From: Candidatus Campbellbacteria bacterium
GTDB lineage: Bacteria > Patescibacteriota > Minisyncoccia > Phycocordibacterales > EsbW-18
Reading direction: 5' to 3'
Length of the DNA stretch: 64,000 nucleotides
Assembly (NCBI GenBank): GCA_016699465.1
Contig: CP064977.1
Location: 333,668 to 397,667, forward strand
The position numbers and the translations under genes were made by a program. This document shows, in pieces, positions 48,653-57,351 of the stretch (position 1 is its first letter; each line of letters opens with the position of its first letter). Below the pieces are notes generated by a model. That model was not told the origin of the DNA and did not search any database. It saw nothing but the letters and a program-made list of their open reading frames with translations.

Positions 48653-51460
48653 TTATTTCGGTACGTACACCGAGTCGAACCTGTTGATGAGACCTCTGCT
48701 TTCCAGCGTTTCCTCGAGGCGATCTTGAATTTCACGATCTCGCCAGAATTTCTCTTTTTCCATATCGACTGATCTCGCTTTCGCACCGACAATTCCGTAT
48801 AGGAATTTCACAGCACCGGCAGTCTTATCATCGGTAAGCTTGCCGGCCGTGGTGTAGAAGCGTCCAAGAGCGGTGTTTAGGAAGTGGAGTTTATAAGCAT
48901 TGGCTCGGTAGCTCACAATGCCGTTCTTATTCGTATGCTCGGTTACTTCAAGCCAATCACGCAATCCGGGGACTGAATTCACGAACGGATACACTCTGCT
49001 GTTCTCGATGATCGGCTCTCCCATGAAGAGATTCTGTCCGGTGGCGGCTTCGATCGGATATTTAAGAAGCGGAGACAGTTCGCCAACGAAACTAGCCAAG
49101 GTTCTTTGCGGACTTCCTTTATAAAGTCGATTGATATCCTCAACCGGAAGACCGAGACCGTAGAGATATTGAGAGAATCCCTCTTTTTCGCCAAGTCGGA
49201 CCGGCAATCCTTCTCGCATGTACGGTGGCAAGTATTGGAATTCCTCTTTCGCTTTTTCTTTATCAACTTGTAGGTTATCTACGAGCTTGCCGATAGCACT
49301 GTACTTACCGGGCTGTTTTGTCATTTGCTCGAGCTGAAGCGGAATGTTGCCACGAGTCCATCGATAGAACGGCATGAGTCGCTTCATTATGTTTTGTTCG
49401 AATTTCGCAAGACCCTCCGGTGCATAGTCGAAGTGAAATTGGAACACTGCTTTGGCGGCATCTTCCGGTGCGTCACCCTTTATCAAGCGATCTATAAAAA
49501 GCGGTAGACGCAGACGGTTTTCAGTGATCTCCATCGCACCTTTTGGTAGATCCATCAATTTTCCGACAGCACCTTTACCGACATCTTTTTCGACCTCACG
49601 CATCACATCCAAGTAACCGGGCTGGCCAACGACTCCCAGCTTTTCGGTCATCTCTTTTATTTGTTGGTAGGTGTACTTAGTGCCTAGTTTTGTTGTGATT
49701 GATCCATTGAGACCTCGGGCGATTTGATCTCCTTGCAGATATCTCGCAGGGTTTTTAACCCCTGCTATCCAGTTATTGAAAATTCCACCGATCGAGTTCC
49801 TGACATGGAATGCTGGAAACCATCCGGTAACCGATCCTTTCCAGAAATTTAGTGTCTTGTCGTACAGCTTAAGGAACCCTTTGGTCGCTTCATCATTCGT
49901 AAGCACCTTATAAGTTTCCTCAACATGCTTAACGATCTGCTCAGGCAACAGCACTCCTTTTAATTGAGGCACGGTGCTCTCTACATACCGGATACCATTT
50001 TCAAAAATCGGTTTGACCGTTTCTTTGGTCATCATCTTTCCGGTGACAGGATTCCTTATTTCCTTAGTGACGACTTCACCTTGCTTGCCGAATTGTTTTC
50101 CAGCATCAGTTAAAAAGTCGTAGGTATTTACGGCTCTGATATGTTCGGCTTTGCGAGCACCGAATGCCTTAAATGCATCTTGCTCAAACAATCTCACGCC
50201 GTGAGTTCTACGGAAGTATTTATTGATATTGTCGATCGTGTCGTCGAGGGTTCGAGACTTTGCGAATGGCGTACTTACTCGCATCTTTCCAGCCAGTTCA
50301 TCGGCGACATCGCTATTCTTTTGTAAAAAGTCACGGCCTTCCGGTGTTAGGTAGTGACGTAGGTAATCCGGTAGCTCGGTGTGGAGTAATCCTTTTTCTT
50401 TTTCAACATTTGCAAATCGTTTGTGTTCATCTTGGATGTGACTGATGATGTTATCGATCGTGCTGTTTCCTTTGGCGGCGACTTGCTCGACTCCGTCCGT
50501 TGCTTTTGCAGGAAGCTCTCCCATCCCCTCAATCAGTCGGCCGACTCTCGTACCGGCATCTTTACCAAGTTCTTTTCTTGCGGTCTTGCCGAGCTCAATT
50601 GCTTCGTCAGCGGCCTTACCGACTTCGGACCGGGTCGCTTTGGTGAATTGAGAAAATTTGTCGACATATTCCTCTCCAATACGTCCCGGCAAGTCTTTGA
50701 TGCTTTTAAATGGCACGAATGCTTTACCGGCGAGGTCTTTTGCGCTCTCATACAGCTTGCCAACGACTGGCGTTTTTTCTACTAGCTTGTCTGCAACTTT
50801 GAATGGTGCTGTGACGGCTGATCGTGGAAGCACCTGTTTGCCAGCGAATTTCAGACCGCCTTTAGCAAGATACTTTTCGCCACCCTCTGCGAGTACCTTT
50901 TCGGCCAGAGCTTTTCGGGCGGCTGTTTCGCCGACTTCCTGTATCGACTTCTTGAGGAGTGACGTTCCGGATTTACTGAGCACGACCGTCCCAGCTTTGG
51001 TTGCAAGCTTCGCACCGGCCCCGTAGCCAAATGTGATATAGGTTGTCGGATCGAGCAGGACATCGGCAATAAAACCGCCGACTTTACTCTTGATACCAAG
51101 TGCTTCAGACGGATTGATGCGTTCTTGAATTCCGGCCTTGATTCCTTTTCCGCTTATGAGACCTCCGACAGCGTATCCGCCGGTATTGAGTACGTGGAGA
51201 ATTTTCTGTAGGGTCGATTCTTTTGGTTGAGTGGAGGAGACATCGAGATTATTTTGCAGTGCAAAGTCTCGCAACCCTTCGACAGTAGTCACGTTTGGTT
51301 TACCGGCCGGCTTCTCGACTTCGGTCGTTACATACTTTCCCTCGGCATTCTTTTGGTACTGCACGACGTTACCGGGTGCAGACTTTGGGAGTGGAGGAGA
51401 GACCGGCGCAGAACCGGTGTTTATGTATTTTCCAGTTTTCGGGTCTTTGATGTAGGCCAT
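48653..51460 (-). CDS. Large (935-aa) Lys/Ala/Gly-rich helical virion protein of unknown function (internal/ejection or tape-measure-like candidate)
   Basis: The N-terminal third is a low-complexity K/A/G/E-rich helical sequence (LAKGGLKFAGKQV...GKAADEAIELGKTARKELGKDAG). No enzymatic motif was recognised. It is the last structural gene before the lysis cassette. Confidence 0.4.
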   Translation of the reverse strand: MAYIKDPKTGKYINTGSAPVSPPLPKSAPGNVVQYQKNAEGKYVTTEVEKPAGKPNVTTVEGLRDFALQNNLDVSSTQPKESTLQKILHVLNTGGYAVGGLISGKGIKAGIQERINPSEALGIKSKVGGFIADVLLDPTTYITFGYGAGAKLATKAGTVVLSKSGTSLLKKSIQEVGETAARKALAEKVLAEGGEKYLAKGGLKFAGKQVLPRSAVTAPFKVADKLVEKTPVVGKLYESAKDLAGKAFVPFKSIKDLPGRIGEEYVDKFSQFTKATRSEVGKAADEAIELGKTARKELGKDAGTRVGRLIEGMGELPAKATDGVEQVAAKGNSTIDNIISHIQDEHKRFANVEKEKGLLHTELPDYLRHYLTPEGRDFLQKNSDVADELAGKMRVSTPFAKSRTLDDTIDNINKYFRRTHGVRLFEQDAFKAFGARKAEHIRAVNTYDFLTDAGKQFGKQGEVVTKEIRNPVTGKMMTKETVKPIFENGIRYVESTVPQLKGVLLPEQIVKHVEETYKVLTNDEATKGFLKLYDKTLNFWKGSVTGWFPAFHVRNSIGGIFNNWIAGVKNPARYLQGDQIARGLNGSITTKLGTKYTYQQIKEMTEKLGVVGQPGYLDVMREVEKDVGKGAVGKLMDLPKGAMEITENRLRLPLFIDRLIKGDAPEDAAKAVFQFHFDYAPEGLAKFEQNIMKRLMPFYRWTRGNIPLQLEQMTKQPGKYSAIGKLVDNLQVDKEKAKEEFQYLPPYMREGLPVRLGEKEGFSQYLYGLGLPVEDINRLYKGSPQRTLASFVGELSPLLKYPIEAATGQNLFMGEPIIENSRVYPFVNSVPGLRDWLEVTEHTNKNGIVSYRANAYKLHFLNTALGRFYTTAGKLTDDKTAGAVKFLYGIVGAKARSVDMEKEKFWRDREIQDRLEETLESRGLINRFDSVYVPK

Positions 51461-51466
51461 AGCTTT

Positions 51467-52804
51467 TTAATTTCCGATACCGAAGAGACCCTTCAAGAAG
51501 CTCTTACCGGTGTTGTATCCGGACTTCGCAAGGTTCGGTATCTGTTGAGTGAATACGTCTTTGACCCCAGCACCGAAGTCTTGAGCGGTTATCTTTGGCT
51601 GACCCGATTTCAATGCTTGAGCGGCGGCCGCATCCGCTTGCTGTTGGGCGTTTGCTTCAGCAACGATCTGATCTCGTTTCTGAAGTACTTGAGCACGGAT
51701 GTTTTGAGGCACGTTGCTTGCAGTGAAGTTAGGGTTGTTTAGAAGTTCGAGTGCGTATGCTTCTACGTCACTCGATGAACCGCCTCCGTCTGATCCGCTA
51801 CCAGACTTTGCACCGACTACTTTCGTACCGGCGATATCATGTACCGTTCCGGCCGGTGTACTGTTTGCGAGGTTTGCGAGTTGAATTGCTCGATCAATTA
51901 CGTCTTGGGCATCTTTCTTTTCCTCCGCTTTTCCATACTTGGAAGCTTCGACAATATTTGCGACATCTTTTTCTGAAGCACCGAATACTTGCTTCAAGAG
52001 ATCGCCAAGAACGCTGTATTGGTCTTTTTGGAATCCGAGTGTTTTTTCTGCAACAGTGAGTGGCAGTGTTGAATCCTCGTATTGCATGCCGGCCGCATCT
52101 TTCGCAGATGAATCTGCTACGCCGAGTTTGTCGGCCAGTCGGTTACGCTCGTTGAGAAGTTTCCGGTACTCGTCTATGAGCGGTTGTTTCTCTGAAGCGA
52201 CCAATCTTTGTGTTTGACTCTCGGTCACAAGGCCACCGCCTTGTACCATTCGGTTTCGGATGTCCTTCTCTGAGTCATCAATAGCAAGTTCCATCGATGC
52301 CAGACGATCATCTAAGCTCAAGAGATTTTTCTGCATCACATCAATACCTCGCTTCGCTTTTTCCTGCTCGTAGATGTCTGATTTTTTCGGCAGATTCTTG
52401 AGTGTATCGAGGTAGGCAGTCTGGTTGTCCTGCATGCTTTTGAGGGCAGAATCGAGACCGAGTTCAGATCGGTATTTTGTGAGCAAACTGGTCGAAGAAG
52501 GCACTTCAGCTCCGTATAGGGTGCTTTTGGCTGGCACGCCGCTCGTCCCAGGGCTCGAAATTTGGTCAATACGCTGGTTTACGGTCGAAGAAGGTGTCAC
52601 AGGTGCAGGTTTGGGTGAAGGGTTCGCCCCCGGGGCAACAACGGGTGAAGCCGGTGCTCCGGGCAAGCTCAAGCTCGCACCTGCGTATATCAGGTTCGGA
52701 TTCTTGATACTTGGATTCGCTTTCAGCAGGGCGTCGACCGTCGTCCCTTGCTGTTTGGCGATTCCCGAAAGGGTCTGACCTTTTTGTATTGTTATTGTTG
52801 CCAT
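51467..52804 (-). CDS. LysM-domain protein with a Pro-rich linker and a long coiled-coil region
   Basis: The N-terminus TITIQKGQTLSGIAKQQGTTVDALLKANPSIKNPNLIYAGASLSLPG is a LysM domain. Confidence 0.6.
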   Translation of the reverse strand: MATITIQKGQTLSGIAKQQGTTVDALLKANPSIKNPNLIYAGASLSLPGAPASPVVAPGANPSPKPAPVTPSSTVNQRIDQISSPGTSGVPAKSTLYGAEVPSSTSLLTKYRSELGLDSALKSMQDNQTAYLDTLKNLPKKSDIYEQEKAKRGIDVMQKNLLSLDDRLASMELAIDDSEKDIRNRMVQGGGLVTESQTQRLVASEKQPLIDEYRKLLNERNRLADKLGVADSSAKDAAGMQYEDSTLPLTVAEKTLGFQKDQYSVLGDLLKQVFGASEKDVANIVEASKYGKAEEKKDAQDVIDRAIQLANLANSTPAGTVHDIAGTKVVGAKSGSGSDGGGSSSDVEAYALELLNNPNFTASNVPQNIRAQVLQKRDQIVAEANAQQQADAAAAQALKSGQPKITAQDFGAGVKDVFTQQIPNLAKSGYNTGKSFLKGLFGIGN

Positions 52805-52810
52805 ATGTTT

Positions 52811-53023
52811 TTAAGTAAGGGGTGCGTACCTCCACGCTCCGTTAAAAAATACGTAGAACCGACGTGTCGCTCCGTTCTCGTACAGTGCAAAGCTGATCTG
52901 ATACTTTGGCGGATCAGTCGGCACACTGTTCAAGATCGGAATGTCCCGCAGAATTGAGAGTAGATACCCAAGCGACGGATCAAGTTTGTTTTGCTGGTTT
53001 GGATTGTTGTCGTGTGGGTTCAT
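52811..53023 (-). CDS. Small hypothetical phage protein
   Basis: 70 aa; overlaps the next gene by 4 nt. Confidence 0.3.
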   Translation of the reverse strand: MNPHDNNPNQQNKLDPSLGYLLSILRDIPILNSVPTDPPKYQISFALYENGATRRFYVFFNGAWRYAPLT

Positions 53024-53274
53024 AGTGGTTGCTCTCCGATTTCTGGTTCGACTACAGGTTCCTCTTTAGGAGGGACCGGCAGTTTGTCGAATTCGGAGAT
53101 GATCTCGCTTATCTCTGCAAGCGATCTTTGTCTGAGATCGACCTCTTGTTCAAGTTCCTCTTTTTGTTGGCGGAGGACATCCATGTTGAGAATCGTGACC
53201 GACTCAGTGTTGTCCTTTTTTCTCGCAGTCTTTTCATCGATTCTTTCGATTGTGAATTTTGATGTAGGTTCCAT
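53020..53274 (-). CDS. Small acidic coiled-coil phage protein
   Basis: 84 aa, E/K-rich. Confidence 0.3.
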   Translation of the reverse strand: MEPTSKFTIERIDEKTARKKDNTESVTILNMDVLRQQKEELEQEVDLRQRSLAEISEIISEFDKLPVPPKEEPVVEPEIGEQPL

Positions 53275-53285
53275 AGTGATGTTGA

Positions 53286-55088
53286 TTACTTAATAGTTCG
53301 ATCCGGTATGTAGATCGTGGACATGTCTCGGAGTCCCATGTCCCACTCTCCGATGAATCCGGATGGAGACCAGATTTCGACCTTGATCTGAATCTTTTTC
53401 GCTCGTGCGTTGAATCGCACAAGCTTGTTTACCGCACCTTTATTTTCGTTGCCTTTGATTACTCCGGCTTTCTTGAATGGCGTAACGAGAAGGTACGAAG
53501 TGTTGTTGTATTCGTTTCCGTTCTCGGAGTTGTAGAGCGTTTCGTCTACGTAGACTCGGTTGAGTGCGGTATCGATGCTTGCCACGTGTCTGATTTGTCC
53601 GGCACCGCTTCCTGCTACGACCGTCACTTCATCGCCGACTTCGAAGTTTCCGATGCCGAACGAGACCGTGAAGTAGGTGCTCGTGCCTCCGGAAGCGAAT
53701 GCAGTGTACTTTTGATATTTCTCGGTCGTGTTGTATTTCACGACAAATCTAGCAAAGGATGTGTCGATGAGAGGTTTCCAGAAGTTCAATACTTCTTGAA
53801 TGAATCGCTTACGTCGGTACGGCTCATCATCGAATATCGGGCTAACGACAGTCGCATTCCAGTTGTATGGTCGATACGATCCGGTATCGTGATTCACATC
53901 GAGCAGATACCGATCGCTTCCGCCACCCTTGTCCCAGCCGACAAAGAATTGATCACTGTTTGGCGTAAGCTGGATGCTTCCGACCTGAACCACGCCGGTA
54001 CCGCTGATATTCGTGGTGCCTCCATGCGAGAGTGTGTTTCGGAAGTAGAGAGCATTGGTTATAGGGTTGTATACCCAGATACCTCCGGCGTAGTAGCGTT
54101 TTTCCATATTGAAGCCATGTGCTTTGACGCCGATCAGGATCACGCCGTTATGTACTTTCACTGCGTTCTGGTTGATCTGGAACGAAATGTCGCCGGCTTC
54201 GATGTCCGGGAAGCGATTAAGTTTTACGAGTCCGGACCCGTCGAAGTAGTTGATCCATCCATCACCAGTGATGAGATATAGGCGGTTCTTGTCTACGACA
54301 CCGGCCGGACACGAGACGTTCGGAATACGAAGCACACGATTGTATGTTCCAGAGATTCCGTCCCAGAAAAAGAGAGCAGAACCATTTGTTGTCAGGTCAT
54401 GTGCGCCGATCACGAGCCAGTCAGTAAGCACTGCAAACCATCGGATATCGAAATTTTGCGGAAGTGTGATTTTGGGAGGATTCGGGTTGCCGTGCCACGT
54501 TAGGTTTACGGTGTCCCATGCACAGAGCATATTGTTGAATCCTGCAAGCACATACTTTAGGAATTTTGTGAGCGGTACGTTGCCTTGTGAGAACAGCACA
54601 CCGCTTCCGAGTGATTGCCATGCATCGTTCCATGAATTGGAGGAGGCATCGTAACGTCCGAGAGAGTTTCCTATCGTGAAGTAGAGATATCCTTGTTCCG
54701 TTCCGATGACCGGCGTGTTAAAGACGCTGTCACCCATAAGCGAATAGGCTCTGCCTCCCGGAAAGTAATAGCTATGCACATGCACCCAGTTCGGATATTC
54801 ATATCTGAAGAATTTTGCCGTGTTGCCCCAGCCCTGGGTTATCATCCAGTTGTACATTTGTGTACCACCCATGTTCTTGCCGAAGAGTGCTCCGTCAATC
54901 GGCATCGAGTTGACCTCTGCGTTGATGTTCACGTCTAGGTTCTTAAACAGTTTGTGGGACACACGCAGGTACGGAGGTGTTTTTTCAAGATCAAGATTCT
55001 GCGACCACCAAAAAGTACCCTCGGCATTTAGATTTCCGAGTCCCTTCTCGAATCTTGATGTTTTCCAAACTTTTTTAGGTAGTGCCAT
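53286..55088 (-). CDS. 600-aa Trp/Gly/Asn-rich beta-rich virion (tail?) protein
   Basis: No motif recognised. Its composition resembles tail tubular or distal-tail proteins. Confidence 0.35.
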   Translation of the reverse strand: MALPKKVWKTSRFEKGLGNLNAEGTFWWSQNLDLEKTPPYLRVSHKLFKNLDVNINAEVNSMPIDGALFGKNMGGTQMYNWMITQGWGNTAKFFRYEYPNWVHVHSYYFPGGRAYSLMGDSVFNTPVIGTEQGYLYFTIGNSLGRYDASSNSWNDAWQSLGSGVLFSQGNVPLTKFLKYVLAGFNNMLCAWDTVNLTWHGNPNPPKITLPQNFDIRWFAVLTDWLVIGAHDLTTNGSALFFWDGISGTYNRVLRIPNVSCPAGVVDKNRLYLITGDGWINYFDGSGLVKLNRFPDIEAGDISFQINQNAVKVHNGVILIGVKAHGFNMEKRYYAGGIWVYNPITNALYFRNTLSHGGTTNISGTGVVQVGSIQLTPNSDQFFVGWDKGGGSDRYLLDVNHDTGSYRPYNWNATVVSPIFDDEPYRRKRFIQEVLNFWKPLIDTSFARFVVKYNTTEKYQKYTAFASGGTSTYFTVSFGIGNFEVGDEVTVVAGSGAGQIRHVASIDTALNRVYVDETLYNSENGNEYNNTSYLLVTPFKKAGVIKGNENKGAVNKLVRFNARAKKIQIKVEIWSPSGFIGEWDMGLRDMSTIYIPDRTIK

Positions 55089-55093
55089 AGGTT

Positions 55094-55726
55094 TTATACG
55101 AGACTGCTTCTCGGAATTGAGGCCTGATCATCTGCGGCCGCCATGCGTGCAAGTTCTTGATCACGCCATTTGCCGACCATGATCCGTTCGAAGTTGCTTT
55201 CAGCTTGGCGTTCGAGTTCCGTGTCGCCCTGCTGGTTGTAGTACATCTTTTTGCCCCACTCGACGTACGCTTGGTGATAGAGTTTTTCGACTTCCGGTTC
55301 GTCGCTGTCTGATGCGAAGTCATCCGATATGCGGACAAAGACGAGCATCATTGCATCGCCGTCTGCGGTTGGAGTTGTTACCGGATAGAAGTAACCGCCG
55401 AGCGTGTACACAATGTGATCGTTGTATCGGTCTCTTGCTCGGTAATCGACGAGCGTGAACGGACGCTTGTCGTCGCCGATCTTTAATTCCACGAATGCCC
55501 GGTAGTTTTCAGGGACCGGGTATTTCGGTTGATTTGCAACGGTCGTGTACGGCTGTTCGGTCTTGAGATAGTCCCAGTAGTCAAACGTCTGGTTTTTATC
55601 CTCAGGCGGCCGCCAGCTTTGCACCTTTTCATCGGCACGCTGTACCCACGAGTTTGCAAGTGTGTCATCGATCGTCTGATCGTCGACCTCGTTCTTTATT
55701 GCTTTTCGGATGTCGCCTCTGTTCAT
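55094..55726 (-). CDS. Hypothetical virion protein (210 aa)
   Basis: Located between the tail-fibre genes and the 600-aa protein. Confidence 0.3.
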   Translation of the reverse strand: MNRGDIRKAIKNEVDDQTIDDTLANSWVQRADEKVQSWRPPEDKNQTFDYWDYLKTEQPYTTVANQPKYPVPENYRAFVELKIGDDKRPFTLVDYRARDRYNDHIVYTLGGYFYPVTTPTADGDAMMLVFVRISDDFASDSDEPEVEKLYHQAYVEWGKKMYYNQQGDTELERQAESNFERIMVGKWRDQELARMAAADDQASIPRSSLV

Positions 55727-55732
55727 AAGCGT

Positions 55733-56047
55733 TTAGATGTCATCACGGATGATGATTGATAATTGTTTGAACCCGGTCTGAATTTTTGCATCAGGGAACG
55801 TCACCTCGACCTCACCGAGATACGTTCCGACCGTGTTCGTGTCGGAGGCCGTCCAGTTGTATCGGCATTTTCCTTTAGTTGCGTCAGTGATAACGCATGC
55901 CACGCCGTTAATCTTTACCGATCCAGTGGAGGAGTCCTTCATGTAGAACTTCACCGTGCATCCGGTTAAATCCACCGGCGCACCGTCTTGTGTCAGACTG
56001 AATTCCAGTGGAGGACGGGTGTCATTTTGTACGATTTTGATGCTCAT
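55733..56047 (-). CDS. Small all-beta (Ig-like) phage structural protein
   Basis: IVQNDTRPPLEFSLTQDGAPVDLTGCTVKFYMK resembles the N-terminal Ig-like domains of phage baseplate/receptor-binding proteins. Confidence 0.3.
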   Translation of the reverse strand: MSIKIVQNDTRPPLEFSLTQDGAPVDLTGCTVKFYMKDSSTGSVKINGVACVITDATKGKCRYNWTASDTNTVGTYLGEVEVTFPDAKIQTGFKQLSIIIRDDI

Positions 56048-57345
56048 AGGTTTATGTCTTGATTATTGCCCGGAAGAGTCACATCGGCCTTGGCGTTTTG
56101 AAGCTGTTGATCTTGTCGGGCAGTCTTGACCTCAATACTGCTTTTAGATGTTGTAAGACCGAACGTTTCTCTGGCCGAGAGCATCAGCACCGATACTTTC
56201 GCCGACAGGAATTCGATTGCGATCTTTAGTCCGGGAGGAATTTTCAGGATGTCCCACACGTACTTCCACGTCCTCGATACCAATCCTCGAATGTCGAGGA
56301 GGTATGTCCATGCTTTTCCGATTCCGAGCAGGATATCGAGTCGATACGTCCAGACTTTTGCAATGTGGCTTAGGATGTCGAATGCGTAAGTGATCGACTT
56401 TGAGACAAAGCTCGTGATATCCCATAGGTAGCTGGTTACTCTTGATGCGAGTGTCCGGACGTCCCATCTGTAAGTCAGCACTGTTGCTATAAGTCCTCTG
56501 ATATCGAACAGGTATGTCGATACTCTGGTCGCAAGACTTCTCATGTCGAGGAGGTACGTCATCTGCTTTACTGCACTCATCAGCACATTGAACACATACT
56601 CAGTGCTTTTGCTTACTGTGCCGGCCATGTCGAAGAGGTACTGCACGGCCTTGGTCGCAAGGTTTCGGATATCGATCACGTATGTCCACGTCTTACTGAT
56701 TAGGTTTCGGATATCTAGTAGGTACGCAGTCGACTTTTCGGCGAGATTTCTCAGGTCGAGTCGGTACGTCATGATCTTTGCGACCACGTCACCAATGTCG
56801 ATCAAGTAGGATGTGAGCTTTGTCGCAAGGTTTCTTATATCTAGCCGGTAGATTGTTTCTCTGGTGGCCGACAGGAACGAATCAAACACATAAGTTATCG
56901 TCTGGCCGATCGTGATCAGGATGTCACTCAGATACGTCGTGCTTTTAGTCGCCAGATTTCTCACATCGAGCTTGTACGTCATTGTCATGATCGCACCTCC
57001 GATAATGTCGATCAGATATGTGATTTGCTTTGCGATGAGTTGCAGTCCGTCCCAGAGGTATGTGGATGTCTTGTCGATCAGGCTTCGCATGTCGAAGACA
57101 TACGTCAGGGCTTTTTCAGCAAGAGCGTACACGTCCATGAGATACGTTTCTATTTTCCCAGCGAGATTTCGGATATCGGTCAGGTACGTTCGCACAGCTT
57201 CCACCGTTATCATCTGGTCGAAGACATACGTGATTGGTTTTGCTACCAATCCGAACGCATCGAGCACATAGTTCATCACCTTACTCACGACTGAAGAGCC
57301 GGTGTCATTGAGTCTTGCACTGTTGAATTGGTAGGAGTTGAACAT
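56044..57345 (-). CDS. Fibrous repeat protein: about 26 tandem copies of a 14-residue motif T-Y-[LV]-x-D-[IML]-R-x-L-A-x-K-x-x (likely a tail-fibre shaft)
   Basis: Read directly from the translation: TYLLDIRNLATKAV, TYRLDLRNLAEKST, TYVIDIRNLATKAV, TYLLDMRSLATRVS, TYLFDIRGLIATVL and further copies. The hydrophobic residues at repeat positions 2/6/9/13 give a 4-3-4-3 heptad spacing. The DNA shows a diverged 42-bp periodicity. Confidence 0.6.
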   Translation of the reverse strand: MFNSYQFNSARLNDTGSSVVSKVMNYVLDAFGLVAKPITYVFDQMITVEAVRTYLTDIRNLAGKIETYLMDVYALAEKALTYVFDMRSLIDKTSTYLWDGLQLIAKQITYLIDIIGGAIMTMTYKLDVRNLATKSTTYLSDILITIGQTITYVFDSFLSATRETIYRLDIRNLATKLTSYLIDIGDVVAKIMTYRLDLRNLAEKSTAYLLDIRNLISKTWTYVIDIRNLATKAVQYLFDMAGTVSKSTEYVFNVLMSAVKQMTYLLDMRSLATRVSTYLFDIRGLIATVLTYRWDVRTLASRVTSYLWDITSFVSKSITYAFDILSHIAKVWTYRLDILLGIGKAWTYLLDIRGLVSRTWKYVWDILKIPPGLKIAIEFLSAKVSVLMLSARETFGLTTSKSSIEVKTARQDQQLQNAKADVTLPGNNQDINL

Positions 57346-57351
57346 AAGTGT

